Assembly: GCF_006345805.1 (NCBI RefSeq)
Contig: NC_043004.1
Coordinates: 95,046,001 to 95,110,000 of the forward strand
Length of the DNA: 64,000 nucleotides
Source: Octopus sinensis
Taxonomy: Eukaryota
Direction of reading: 5' to 3'
Positions 36,331-48,600 of this stretch are shown in pieces. The translations under genes were made by a program, and so were the position numbers. Every line of letters begins with the position of its first letter. Position 1 is the first letter of the stretch. Below the pieces are notes generated by a model. That model was not told the origin of the DNA. It was given only the letters and a program-made list of their open reading frames with translations, and did not search any database.

Positions 36331-36535
36331 TTGTGTGTCTGTGTTTGTCCCCCTAGCATTGCTTGACAACCGATGCTGGTGTGTTTACATCCCCGTCACT
36401 TAGCGGTTCGGCAAAAGAGACCGATAGAATAAGTACTGGCTTACAAATAATAAGTCCTGGGGTCGATTTGCTCGACTAAAGGCGGTGCTCCAGCATGGCC
36501 GCAGTCAAATGACTGAAACAAGTAAAAGAGTAAAG
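36163..36535 (+). mobile_element. SINE family B, 5'-truncated
   Basis: Family B consensus from ACCAACCACATGGTTCC onward. Confidence 0.88.
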
Positions 36536-36641
36536 AAAGAGAGAGAGAGATACGATTATAAGGAATTATTTCCTCCGATGCATAGACTTCACTTTGAAGT
36601 TCTCGGGATTTAAAACCTCATGCGTTAGAATAATGTATAAG

Positions 36642-38020
36642 TAAGAATCAAAGTTAGCCATATACATAAATATTTATATTTATTCAGCCCTAGACCCAGC
36701 ATATATAAATTTCACCGAAAGTATATTCGATGCATCTAACATATTAAAGATGTATAAATATATATGCAGTAATCAATACATTAAAAATATACATACAAAA
36801 ATATATAAATATATTGATATATACATTAAAAATATATTGAAAAAATAAATACATATATAGGTCGGCTTACAGATTATAAAACGAAGCCATAAAAAGAGTT
36901 AAGACTCCTTGATATTAAATAAATTTTCCGATGCTATCTACTCTTACAAACATAGCTTTTACTCAACATGATTCTGGGCAGAGATGAGAATCAGCCTTCA
37001 CACCAATTGAACAATTTTGTAAAATAATACGACACCCCACTCGTCTGCCTATAGAACCACCAGTAGCCTGATTTTATCATGTACTGTATTTCTCATCTTC
37101 CAACCACTCAAAAACAATTTCACTCTTTGGTCTTTTGCATATAGTTCTATAAAAACAACAACAGCACGGAGATGCAGCACGGATTTTTGTCAGTGAACAG
37201 GTCGCGGATTTTAGCGACGAAAATATTTTGACAAATTAAACTTAAATGTTGAAGTGAATCGAGCGGCTTTTGTGTGTTTCTTAAATGGCTTACAAACACC
37301 TTCCACGCTGCAATTGTTTTCGTTCCAGCACACGATCTCAGATCAAATCACTTGCTATGCAAGTACATCTCCGTAAAATCTATAAAAAACAAACACTCAG
37401 TAATTAATTCCCTTAACATGCAGTACTTGTGTAGCTTCTTTAGAAACTTATTTTCCTTTAAGAAGGAAGTGATGTCTTGTAATGGATGTAAATATCTTTT
37501 ATCCGACAGGACAACTGAACTCCCAGAAACAGCTGCAGGATTATTAGTAGGATTATCGATACCCATGCATTTTTAAAGACTCGTAACTCTTTTTTATGGC
37601 TTCGTTTTATAATCTGTAAGTCGACTTATATATGTATTTATATTTTCAATATATTTTTAATGTATATATCTATATATTATATATTACTGTATGTATTGAT
37701 TACTGTATTTATATTATATGTTTATATATATTTAATGTGTTTGATGTATTGAATATACTTCGCATAAATTCATACCTACTAGGTTTAGGGCTGAATAATA
37801 TAAATGTATATGTGAAACTGATTTGCCTAACTTTGATTCTTATATATATATATATATATTACTGTATGTATTGATTACTGTATTTATATTTATATGTTTA
37901 TATATATTTAATGTGTTTGATGTATTGAATATACTTTCGCATAAATTCATACCTACTAGGTTTAGGGCTGAATAAATATAAATGTATATGTGAAACTGAT
38001 TTGCCTAACTTTGATTCTTA
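36642..38020. mobile_element. Foldback-type element with ~260-bp AT-rich TIRs; outer right arm tandemly duplicated (178-bp period)
   Basis: 36642-36900 is the imperfect reverse complement of 37585-37842; the outer part of the right arm repeats to 38020. Confidence 0.75.
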
Positions 38021-38072
38021 TATATATATATATATAGATATATATATATATATTATATATATATATATATAT

Positions 38073-38128
<56 letters not shown>

Positions 38129-38181
38129 ATAGATATACATATATATACATATATACATACATATATATATATATATATACA

Positions 38182-38805
38182 CGAGGGTTGATCAATAAGT
38201 ATGCAGACTGGTGACATAGTAACGAAGCTAAAGCACTAGAGTAAAGCTGCTTAGCACAGATTGACCACAAAATGTTTTGTGTATGCGCACTAAGTTTTAA
38301 CGTTCTAGCTCACTTCCGCTGCTTACAGTACTGCTTCGAAGGAAGGTGTCTAGCGTGTGATCGTCGGATTGGCCACGATGGAGAAAGATGTCATGGCGAT
38401 ACCTACTCAGAGGCCTACGCAAAGTTGGAGAAAGTGTATGGAGAGGAGTGCATGAGACGCACATAAGTGTACGAGTGGTTCAGATGTTTCTAAGATGGCC
38501 GAAAAAATGTTGATATTGACGAACGTTCTGGGAGACCTGCAACCAGCAGAACTGAGAAAAACATCGTAGATGTGCGTGCAGCTGTAAGGGGAAATCGTCG
38601 AATCACCATCTGTGAGCTATCAAAGGATGTGCAGATTAGTTACGGTTCAGTTCAGTCTGTTATCACTGAAGGTTTGGATGTGATAGGGTGTCTGCCAAGG
38701 TTATGCCAAAACTGCTTTCAGCTGACCAAAAAGACACTCGGGTTTCATTTGCACAAGATTCCCTTGATTGTATCGTGAACGATGAAAACTTTTCGAAAAC
38801 TTTGC
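38182..38805 (+). mobile_element. Mariner transposase 5' half plus TIR (same family as 33236-33990), pseudogenised
   Basis: TIR CGAGGGTTGATCAATAAGTAT; YAKLEKVYGEECM.R..VYEWF..F.DGR.NV..DERSGRP.TSRT..NI..VR..V..NRRITI.EL...V.ISYGSV; SAK.MPKLL..DQK. Confidence 0.9.
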
Positions 38806-39133
38806 GTAAGCCTCTGTCTACCGGAGAGACAAAATTCAAAATATCCCCTACATCAATGCCTGTATATTCGGCCAATAACCCCAGCCATAAACAGAACTGA
38901 GATCAGTGAAAAAAATTTCTATAAGAATATAAATATTATTACAACACAATAATATTATCGACTGCTATTTCCAGCAAAAATTGGTACCTTGTTGTGCCAC
39001 TATTTCCTATTTATAATTCTATCATTACGATGCTTTATTTCGCTGGAAAATAATATTATTGTATTGGAATAATATTTGTATTTCTATATATGTATGTATA
39101 ATTATACACGCACACATACACACACACACACAT

Positions 39134-39165
<32 letters not shown>

Positions 39166-39179
39166 GATCGGTAGCCACA

Positions 39180-39355
39180 ACACACATTTTTTTTTCTCTC
39201 CTTGTTTTTTTCTGTGTCCCTTTCTGTAGAAGAGCGTAGGCTCGAAACGTAAAAGACTTTTTCTATTATTGAGCGTTATACTAATACATCTGTTTGTTTT
39301 GTACACCACTTGTCTTCGTCTTTTGTTTGTTTTTTTTTCGTAAACTCTCCCTATT
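39180..39355 (+). mobile_element. Hammerhead-like pLTR family 1 copy (A6U core variant)
   Basis: CTTT-CTGTAGA-A-GAGC-gtag-GCTC-GAAA-CGTA|AAAG at 39220-39255. Confidence 0.72.
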
Positions 39356-39370
39356 TATATATATGTATAT

Positions 39371-39629
39371 ACCGGAGTAAACACATAAATGTGAAACAAG
39401 GTGGAAAAAAACAGTACTCAAATACCAGGGGTAGAGTAATATGCTTTATTTAAAAGCAGCAGAAATTCAACAAAACCTGTTGCTCTGAGTTTCACGTTCC
39501 CGTTCGTCGGACAGTTTTGTTAAAAAAAATTTTTTTCTTTAATTTTTTTTTAACAAAAACTGTCCGACGAACAGGAACGTGAAACTCAGAGTAACAGGTT
39601 TTGTTGAATTTCTGCTGCTTTTAAATAAA

Positions 39630-39630
<1 letters not shown>
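39371..39630. mobile_element. Inverted pLTR pair, hammerhead family 3
   Basis: Palindrome 39444-39630; + arm CTGT-CCGACGA-ACAggaaCGT-GAAA-CTCAGAG-TA|ACAG (39560-39597); - arm has an intact ACG-GGAA-CGT stem II. Confidence 0.78.
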
Positions 39631-39662
<32 letters not shown>

Positions 39663-39664
39663 TT

Positions 39665-39765
39665 TCTTTTACTGATGAAGTGTGACCTATGGTAGACTAG
39701 CTTAATTTAATTTAATTAAGCTGGTCTATCATTAAAGACACTGAAACGATGCATCGTATAAAAGA
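39665..39765 (+). ncRNA. Canonical type I hammerhead ribozyme with extended stem II and palindromic stem III (family 5)
   Basis: Stem I TCTTTTA (39665-71) / TAAAAGA (39759-65); core CTGATGA (39672-78); stem II AGTGT / ACACT extended by a 19-bp hairpin with two G-U pairs; GAAA (39743-46); stem III palindrome ACGATGCATCGT; GUA| cleavage after A39758. Confidence 0.85.
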
Positions 39766-39885
39766 TGAATTAGGGTAAATGTTTTTAAATTTTCACCTTA
39801 TTTCCGAATTACACTACTTGGCGGTTGGAGTTCTGGCTGCTCTTTCTGGTGGACGAATGGCCTGTTTAGGCCATTCCTAAATTGT

Positions 39886-39916
<31 letters not shown>

Positions 39917-39927
39917 ATATATATACA

Positions 39928-40135
39928 TAGTCAATTCAAAGAACAAACAATTAAAAAACAGAAGAAAAAAGGAAAAAATGAACGTGAGGACGTGCACAAG
40001 TAATATAATATTAATTTGACGCTCGGTGAAAGGAGAGAGTTGTTAACGTTTCGAGCAAAGCTCTTCGTCGGAAAGAGGTAAGTCCAAAGAGAAAGAAGGA
40101 AGAATACGGAAAAATTGCTAACAATCTACGTGCGG
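39928..40135 (-). mobile_element. Hammerhead-bearing pLTR family 2 copy
   Basis: Minus-strand CCGACGA-A-GAGC-ttt-GCTC-GAAAC-GTT at ~40071-40045. Confidence 0.65.
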
Positions 40136-40727
40136 TTACATTTCTGCGGATATATATACACACACACATGCACACGTGTGTGTGCGTGTGTGTGTGTTTG
40201 TTCGTGTTTGAATGTGCATATGTCTTTGTGTGTATACATGTAAATGTTGCGTACATGTTTGCATTCGCAGGTGTTTTGTAAAACTCCTGAGCTACAGAGG
40301 TTTACATCAACAAACATCTGTAAATATCATTCTCTGTAGCTCAACGCCAGGTAGTGATATTTGCTGACAATTCTCTGTATAAATAATTCAGCAGCTCCGC
40401 ACTTTCAAGGGCCTTTTGAAGACGAATAGAATGAGAACTTCCTTACATGATAAAAAAGAAAGGCTAGTGATAAAAAGGACATCTGGCTTTAGCAACAATC
40501 CCTTGATAATATGTATTTGGTGAATCCATACAAGCATTGCAAAATGAATGCAAAACAAAGTGAAATATTTCAAGCATTAATCTTTCTGCTACATAGCCTC
40601 AGATAACTATGTAAATGCCTAGAAAACAACTGAACAGAAGGGTTTACAAGGGTTTACTACCCTGATTCATACCCCACGTCTCATGACAAAATACAAAAGA
40701 ATGACCCAGTGAGAGACTATCTAGGCT

Positions 40728-41144
40728 GGATCTTTTCGGTTTGAACGGCAGTTTTTAACAATTTCTAAGTAACTAAAAAATTTATACTTCATATACTGGT
40801 AGAATGTGTTTATAAAACATCTTTTTCTCTTGGCTTTATTGAGAAAATCCTATAGTTTGTAAGATATTTGTTGTTTTTTTCTTCAATTTCTGCAAATTCA
40901 ATCAATCACTGACGTCCATTGAGGTAAAAAGCATTCTGTGCTGTATGAATATGTCCCTCATTTAAGAAACAGATTGGGTTTATTTACATTTGTGAAGAAG
41001 AAAAGATACCCATCCCCGCACCCCTAACTAATCCTAACCTTAAAAGAGATTGAAATGCAATAGTTCGATACTAGGGTCATAATTATGGGTGACAATTTCA
41101 TATGACACCGCTAGAAAAAACTGCCGTTCAAACCGAAAAGATCC
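40728..41144 (-). mobile_element. Third copy of the Merlin-like MITE
   Basis: Reverse complement of 3922-4332; TIRs intact; flanks TCTAGGCT / TCTAGGTG. Confidence 0.9.
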
Positions 41145-41959
41145 TCTAGGTGCGTGTTTCTTGACTGTTTTTTACCAATGGAACCTTTTGAATATTGTTT
41201 TATTCTCTTGACTCCCATAACCATTCTATGTCTAAAATCTAGTTTTGATAGATACTGCTTTCATATTTCCTATTTAGTTTTTCATACATTCACTTGGGTA
41301 GATTTGCAATAGCACTCTCCAAGCGAACCTGTTCAGTGGCTGGAATCACATTGAACTATGAGAAAGAATCCTAGTCGTTTCTTGCAATGAATACATTGAA
41401 AGCAAAAAGTTTGTCATAGACACTGACAGAACAACTAAGAAACCCCAATTTTCTATTTTACTTCATGGCCACCCCCAAAAAATTTATGTGGACTATCAGG
41501 GCTAATATGGACTCTGGATGAGAACCACTGCTCTTGGTGGCCACTTGATTCTCTAAACATAGCAGCTAAATCTTTTATTCTAATAATTAAAATGCAAAAG
41601 AAATGACATACAGCACAAGAGCCAACTTGGAATAAAAGTATGACAGAAATGAAAGATGTAATCAACGTTAAATTGTTCGATTTTAATGGATTAAATTAAG
41701 GCTACGACGATGTTTTGTAAGGAAGGGCTTATAAACAATTTTGAGAATCAAGTGTATTTGTATTATTGGTACTTGTTTTGCTGAAGCCGGAAAGATAAAA
41801 TGCATTGTTAACTCTCCGAGGAATTGAACTCAATACAGTGCCTTTAGTTTAAATACTAGTTCGATTATGCATTGAAATAAATACGGTGCTTCAAAGCAAA
41901 ACAGGTAAGCTCATGCTTACGTGCACATTAATAACCACACACACAAACACACACACACA

Positions 41960-42016
41960 TGCACACACATGAGCATGCACACATTCATATATGCTTACCT
42001 ACCTTCGCATATATAC

Positions 42017-42048
<32 letters not shown>

Positions 42049-42069
42049 ATGTATATGCATGTATGTATG

Positions 42070-42130
<61 letters not shown>

Positions 42131-42254
42131 GTATATATATATATATATGTATATGTATATATATATATATGTATATGTATATCTATATATGTATATGTAT
42201 ATCTATATATCTATATATGTATATATATATATATATATATGTATATGTATATAT

Positions 42255-42288
<34 letters not shown>

Positions 42289-42313
42289 GTATATGTACAT
42301 ATATATATATGTA

Positions 42314-42375
<62 letters not shown>

Positions 42376-42595
42376 ATATATATGGACAGAAAGACGGAGA
42401 AAGAGCAAGGCCTATATTCATATGCATATAAAGCAACTTTATCTATATGTATAAATGCATACACGAAATAAATGTGAATACAAGTCCATATACATACACA
42501 CACACACACACATACATACATATATATATATATATTTATTTATATTGATATATTCATATATACTTACATGTATATATATATATATATATACATAT

Positions 42596-42638
<43 letters not shown>

Positions 42639-43083
42639 TGGTATATATTTATATACACCTCCTCCAGAGATGCTTGTCATAATACGCTGTTTGATGTAAC
42701 ATGCTGCAATGATGGGTTTCCAAAGCATCACTAGCCATTTATTGCATCAACTGTAAATCTAGTACAATAAGCTGTTGCTTCTCTGTGTTTTATTATTTTC
42801 ATCTGGCTATGACTTCCTCTATCATTTTCCTGTGTATTTTTATCTCCTTTTTGCTGTTTCTTTATCTGTTCTTCACTTTCTGTTGTTGCTTCTTTTTTTT
42901 CTTCTTTTTTTTCTCTGCCAATCCATTCTACCTTGTGTGTGTGTGTGTGTGTGTGTGTTTGTATGCATGTGTGTGTGTGTTTGTATGTGTGTGTGTGTGT
43001 GTATGTGTGTGCATATTGCTGTGCAAGTATATCAGAATGCGTAATTCTCTGCAGGAATTTATATACACATATACATACATATA

Positions 43084-43149
<66 letters not shown>

Positions 43150-43271
43150 TTGTAGATGTTCATGTATGTATGTGTTCATATATATATTAATAGAAATTAG
43201 ATAAAAATGAGTGTGTGTCCATGCATGGGTGCCTGTATATACAAATGTTATGTGTATATATATACTGCATA

Positions 43272-43304
<33 letters not shown>

Positions 43305-43563
43305 GCACATACATATACACATATATACAGACATATGTGCATGCATACATACGTACATATATATGTATACATTATGAAGTGTATATGTGTGTATGTGCAT
43401 GTGTGTGTGTGTAAAGGTATGTAAATATTTACAATTTTACTTTTATATAATGATTACAGTTGCATGTATAGAGGTATACATTTATATATATGTTTATACA
43501 CATATATATGCACATATATAAATACATTCATACACATATATAGCTATATACATTCATATGTAC

Positions 43564-43624
<61 letters not shown>

Positions 43625-43670
43625 GCATTGTATATATAATATATTCATTTGTATTATATAAATATGTGTG

Positions 43671-43731
<61 letters not shown>

Positions 43732-43830
43732 CCAGTATGTGAAATCATATACAAACATACATATAGCTATACTTATAAACATATACTAAAATCCATTCTA
43801 AGGCATATATATGTATATATATATATATAT
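41960..43830. repeat. Long (TA)n/(TATG)n/(CA)n microsatellite region
   Basis: Direct inspection. Confidence 0.95.
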
Positions 43831-44611
43831 ATATCATAAAAACAAACAAACACATACACTCTTACGCATGCACACAAGCACAAATATAATTTAGAATTGG
43901 AAAACAAATGTCTGAAAGGAAGCTATTTGGTGAAATCATCTCACAAATGATTTCCAATCTTGTGTCTATTTGCATAGAAAGCTAGACAGCCACTTTAACA
44001 TGGAAACATTTGCAATGACTATTATCACTGCCATAAAACAAAATCTTCAGATATTTCCTGCGACATTGTAACAACTGATAAGAAATATCTGCTGAAATTG
44101 ACCGATATTCAGTTAATACGAAGCTCTTTGTCGAGATGCCAAATGCTAAATCTTTTTCGGCTTAAATATACAGAACACTTGTTAGTGTTAGCTTGTAAAT
44201 TCCTAACAAAAATAAGCATGTGGAATTAGGATTGTCAGCATTTTTTAAAGAGTTACTATTACAGAAGCTGAAATATTTGTGATATTTCATGCCATGTTGT
44301 GTTAAATAGAAGATGAAAATTGGATGATAGTGTCTCTGAATTACACCGACTTTAGATTTCAGAGAAATTTTTTCCCCTTCGATATAAGTTAAAGACTTTA
44401 TATATACATATATGTCAATGTATGTGTATACACATTCACACACACACACACACACATATGTGTGTGCATTTGACATTTTGGTGTATATCTTTATATGTTT
44501 GTTTGCTTTTCAAATTGCAATTTTTCTAATATAACTGCACAAACTTGTCATGTATCGTAATGGCCATGCTATCCAGATGATATTAACCAAAATAATATGT
44601 ATATTTTATAG

Positions 44612-44638
44612 GTTTCATGGATGTTATTCTGATTACTA
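44612..44638 (+). CDS. Candidate 27-nt exon (G-FMDVILIT)
   Basis: Acceptor TATTTTATAG, donor GTAAGA, symmetric phase 1; too short to validate. Confidence 0.2.
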
Positions 44639-45159
44639 GTAAGAAAATGTTCTGTCATTTGTCTGAATACGAAATCACTTGCACTAAATATTGCTGATAA
44701 TAAAGTCATGCACAATATCTTTCATTTTTGTTTTATTTTGTTTACCATGTTTGTTTTAGTTTTCGATTTTGTTTTTGTTCTTGATTTGTTTTTTTTTTTC
44801 ATATTTCCCACTCAAAGTTTCCTGAGATAGAATGCAAAGTGGTGAAAATGATGGCTGTATTGTTGATATGTTATGGTTTCAACTCTTAAAGGCAGCAAAT
44901 ATCTTTGTTATTCAGTCAAATACATTATTACTTTTGTTTTTCGCTTCCTAGGATACGATTAAACATAAGATAAGATTAATGGACATAGGATTAAAGGACA
45001 ATTCTCATGATTTTCTCCTCTGTCATACAACTAAAGGATCATCATAGATTGATTAGCATGTAATTTAAATATGTTCACGGATATAATATACTATCTGAAG
45101 AAATAAGGGAGAAGCACAGCTTTCTTTCAATACAACTGAGTTAAACCAACCAGGTAAAA

Positions 45160-45950
45160 TAGCGGTATTTCTTCTGCGTTACGTTGTGAGTTCAAATTCC
45201 GCCGAGGTTGACTTTGCCTTTCATCCTTTCGGGGTCGATAAATTAAGTACCAGTTACGCACTGGGGTCGATGTAATCGACTTAATACCTATGTCTGTCCT
45301 TGTTTGTCCCCTCTGTGTTTAGCCCCTTGTGGGTAATAAAGAAATAGGTAAAATGCTGTTATTCTTGTCTAATCCTCAATCATCCCTGATTTAGCAGACC
45401 AACGAGGAAAGTCATTCCACCTGTGACCATCTCATCCTATTCTCGGACACAGTGCACCAAAAACCTTATCATCCGAAGTGCCATGATTTGTTGAAATAGT
45501 GAGAGAGGTTTGGCTGCTATTTCTACCAGATTGGGCAACTAGTGCTAATCTCTTTCATCAATTCCTTAACTAGGTGAAGTTAATTATGATGGTTGTGAGA
45601 TGTTGAAGTGTAGTGGAAGGATAGAGCACATAAATAGATACGTTAGATTTACTTTAATAACTAGATTTGCCTAAATATTGAAGAAGACAAAGTGGGCTGG
45701 CATCACAGAATATTTACCACCAATATTAAAGGAGAGTAGGACAGTCAGCTGGCAGAATCATTAGCACACAGGGCAAAATTCTCAGTGGAATTTTATCTGT
45801 CTTTACGTTCTGAGTTCAAACTCCACTGAGGTTGACTTTATCTTTCATTCTTCTGGGTTGATAAAATAAGCATCCGTTGAGCTCTGGGGGCTGATGTAAT
45901 CAACTTACCTTCTCACCTGAAGTTGTTGGCCTTGTGCCAAAATTTGAAAC
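45160..45950. mobile_element. SINE family A copy (45160-45348), a decayed repeat (45360-45530, -) and an old family A-like copy (45740-45950)
   Basis: Family A core motifs; the decayed repeat is shared with ~9250-9460, ~29420-29612 and ~61330-61510. Confidence 0.7.
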
Positions 45951-46499
45951 CAATATTAAAAGAGAGTTATAAGAAATGTGAAACGTAACAGGTGCAAAAA
46001 AACACAAAAAAAAAAACAGGTTATGCATAGTAACCAAGAATCAAAGAAGGTAAATCAGTCTTTCATTAAAGAGTGTGGAGTTTTATGTAACCATATGTTG
46101 AAGATGGTTGAATATCTAAAGAAAGGGAATCAATGTCCATGACCTTTCAAGGATATATCAGAATGGAGGGATACAAATAGCTGGTACCTAGTTGCAATAT
46201 CTTCAAGTAAATGTGTTTGGGTTAAAGGGGATGAAGGTCTCCTCTGAATGGGAACAACAAAATATACTCTTCTAAAAACATCTAAGATTATGCTGTTGGT
46301 GTCAAGTCACTATTTATGGTCAGGGCAAGCTCAAGGTACCAGCAACTCAGGAAATCACCCCAGGGCACCATGTGCTTTTTAGTCTACATATTAAGTTTTT
46401 CTCCTTGTGAAAGTTTTTAAAAATTATACTTGTAAGGGTGCTGAAGTTCAGCTTGCCCAGGGCGTCAGCAACCCAAGATCCAGCCCTGGTTATGGTACA

Positions 46500-47200
46500 C
46501 CAAATGTTAGTGTTACATCAGATATTAGGAACAAATCAGATTGCTGTAGTAGTCTACTACATAGTGGTGTCACACCAGACCATAGTTATACACCAGGCAT
46601 CAGTGTTACTCTAGGTGGTGGTGTTACATCAGGTGGCTTTTACATGACATAATAGTGGAACACTAGTAGTATCTAGAGGTAGTGTTAAACCATATAGTAA
46701 GGAGAAAACAGGTAGGATTCATCAGGTTGGAGATGTTACAACAAGTGATAATGTTCTCGGCCTAACAGCCGAAGCTTATGATCAAAATTACTAGTGCTAC
46801 ATCAGGTGGTGATGTTAAGCCAAATAGTAGTGTTGCAAGGTGGTGATGTTACATTAAATACAACAAGTGGCAGTGTTACATCATATACTAGTGTTACACC
46901 AGGTTGGGGTGTTACACCAGATAAAACTGGTATGCCAGGTGATGATGTTCTCTAAGAAATGGAGTTACACCAGGCAGTAGCGTTACATCAGATACTAGCA
47001 TTACATCAGGTGGTGGGAGTTCAACCAACTAGTAGTGTTACAAGATGGTGGTGTTACACCAGATACTAGTGTTACACCAAACACCCAGTGTTGGTGTTAC
47101 ATGAAATAGTGGTGATAGTGTTACACCTAGACGTGGTGTTAAACCATATCATTGTAGCAAAACTGGTGTTCCACTTGATAGAGTGATGTACCAGATGATG
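46500..47200 (+). repeat. Degenerate ~18-bp minisatellite with a GTGTTACA(T/C)CAG core
   Basis: More than 20 recognisable copies of (A/G)GTGTTACA(T/C)CAG(G/A)T...; reads SVTSGG / GVTPDT in one frame but with stops and frameshifts. Confidence 0.8.
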
Positions 47201-47777
47201 GTAGTAATGGCACCATCCATCAAAATTTAATGTAAATTTATGTTACATACATCACCTTTAATAATGATTACAAAGTTATATTAAATCATTCGTTATTTTC
47301 AAAATTACCTGAAAGAAGGGCTAATTTAGTAACAAAAAGATTAAGCACTTTGTCAGAAATTTAGATAATTATAAAGAAAATGTGTAAGGGAAAACAGGTT
47401 TTAAGTTATATTTTATAAGTTAACTCACAAAGTTTTTAGTTCAAAAGGATCAGATTATTAAAAGGTTTAATAGATATGGCACTCAAAATCAGACAATTAT
47501 GAAAAAAGCTTCTATTTGGTTGTTGCAGATACTAAAAATAGCAGTGAAATGTCCCTCAAATTATGCACTCACATCTTGATAACAAAGCTGTACATTTAAT
47601 AATGTGGTTCAAAAAGCATTGTCTCTATGGGGAAGATCAGATGATTATGACTGGAATGACATTGATCACAGATTTGTGAGATCAAATTTAATTTGGAGTG
47701 AAACGACAACAAAAACAACAAGAGCTACATTTGATTATCAAAGGGAGCAGAGACAAAATCAAAGATGCGTAAGCAAT

Positions 47778-48600
47778 TCATCATCATCATCATCATCATC
47801 ATCATTTAACGTCTGATTTTCATGCTGGCATGGGTTGGACGATTTGACTGAAAACTGGTAAGCCAGGGAGCTGCACCAGGTTCCACTCTGATGTGACAAG
47901 GTTTCTACAGCTGGATGTGGAGGTACAATGGCCCAGTGGTTAGGGCAGCGGACTCGCGGTCATAGGATCGCGGTTTCGACTCCCAGACCAGGCGTTGTGA
48001 GTGTTTATTGAGCAAAAACACCTAAAGCTCCACGAGGCTCCAGCAGGGGATGGTGGTGATCCCTGCTGTACTCTTTCACCACAACTTTCTCTCACTCTTA
48101 CTTCCTGTTTCTGTTGTACCTGTATTTCAAGGGGCCGGCCTTGTCACTCTCTGTGTCACGCTGAATATCCCCGAGAACTACGTTAAGGGTACACGTGTCC
48201 GTGGAGTGCTCAGCCACTTACACGTTAATTTCACGAGCAGGCTGTTCCGTTGATTCGGATCAACCGGAACCCTCGTCGTCGTAACCGATGGAGTGCTTCG
48301 AAACAGCTGGATGCCCTTCCTAATGCCAACTACTCCAAGAGTGTAGTAAGTGCTTTTTTACGTGCCTCTGGCATGGGTGCCCTTAATGTGACACCAGCAT
48401 TGGCCATGACTACGATCTCACTTGGTTTGACAGGTCTACACAAGCATGGTATATAGCCAAAGGTCTTGGACACCTGTCACAGTCTCCGTAAGGCCCAATG
48501 CTCAAACTGTGCTTTTTACATGCCACTGGCATGGGTGCCAATCAGATGGCACTGGCAACAGCTACGCCTATGATTTCACTTGGCTTGACAGGTAAAAAAG
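47778..48600 (-). mobile_element. SINE-like family E ((GAT)n tail) with a nested SINE family C (47918-48302, +, 11-bp TSD)
   Basis: TSD ACAGCTGGATG at 47907-47917 and 48303-48313; family E sequence resumes after the insert. Confidence 0.88.

Noticed and set aside
33236-38805. A single composite or inverted mariner spanning both halves
   Set aside because: Both TIRs face the same way and the halves overlap in sequence, so they are two separate truncated copies.
41921-43839. Long ORFs of YI, HT or VC dipeptides (also 17397-17828, 23329-23883, 53460-54003, 61900-62997)
   Set aside because: They are translations of (TA)n and (CA)n microsatellites.
43900-45060. Several coding-looking short frames (KLDSHFNMETFAM..., MQSGENDGCIVDMLWFQLLK, DTIKHKIRLM...)
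   Set aside because: Joining them needs weak donors or a non-consensus 60-nt GC-AG intron; there is no independent support.
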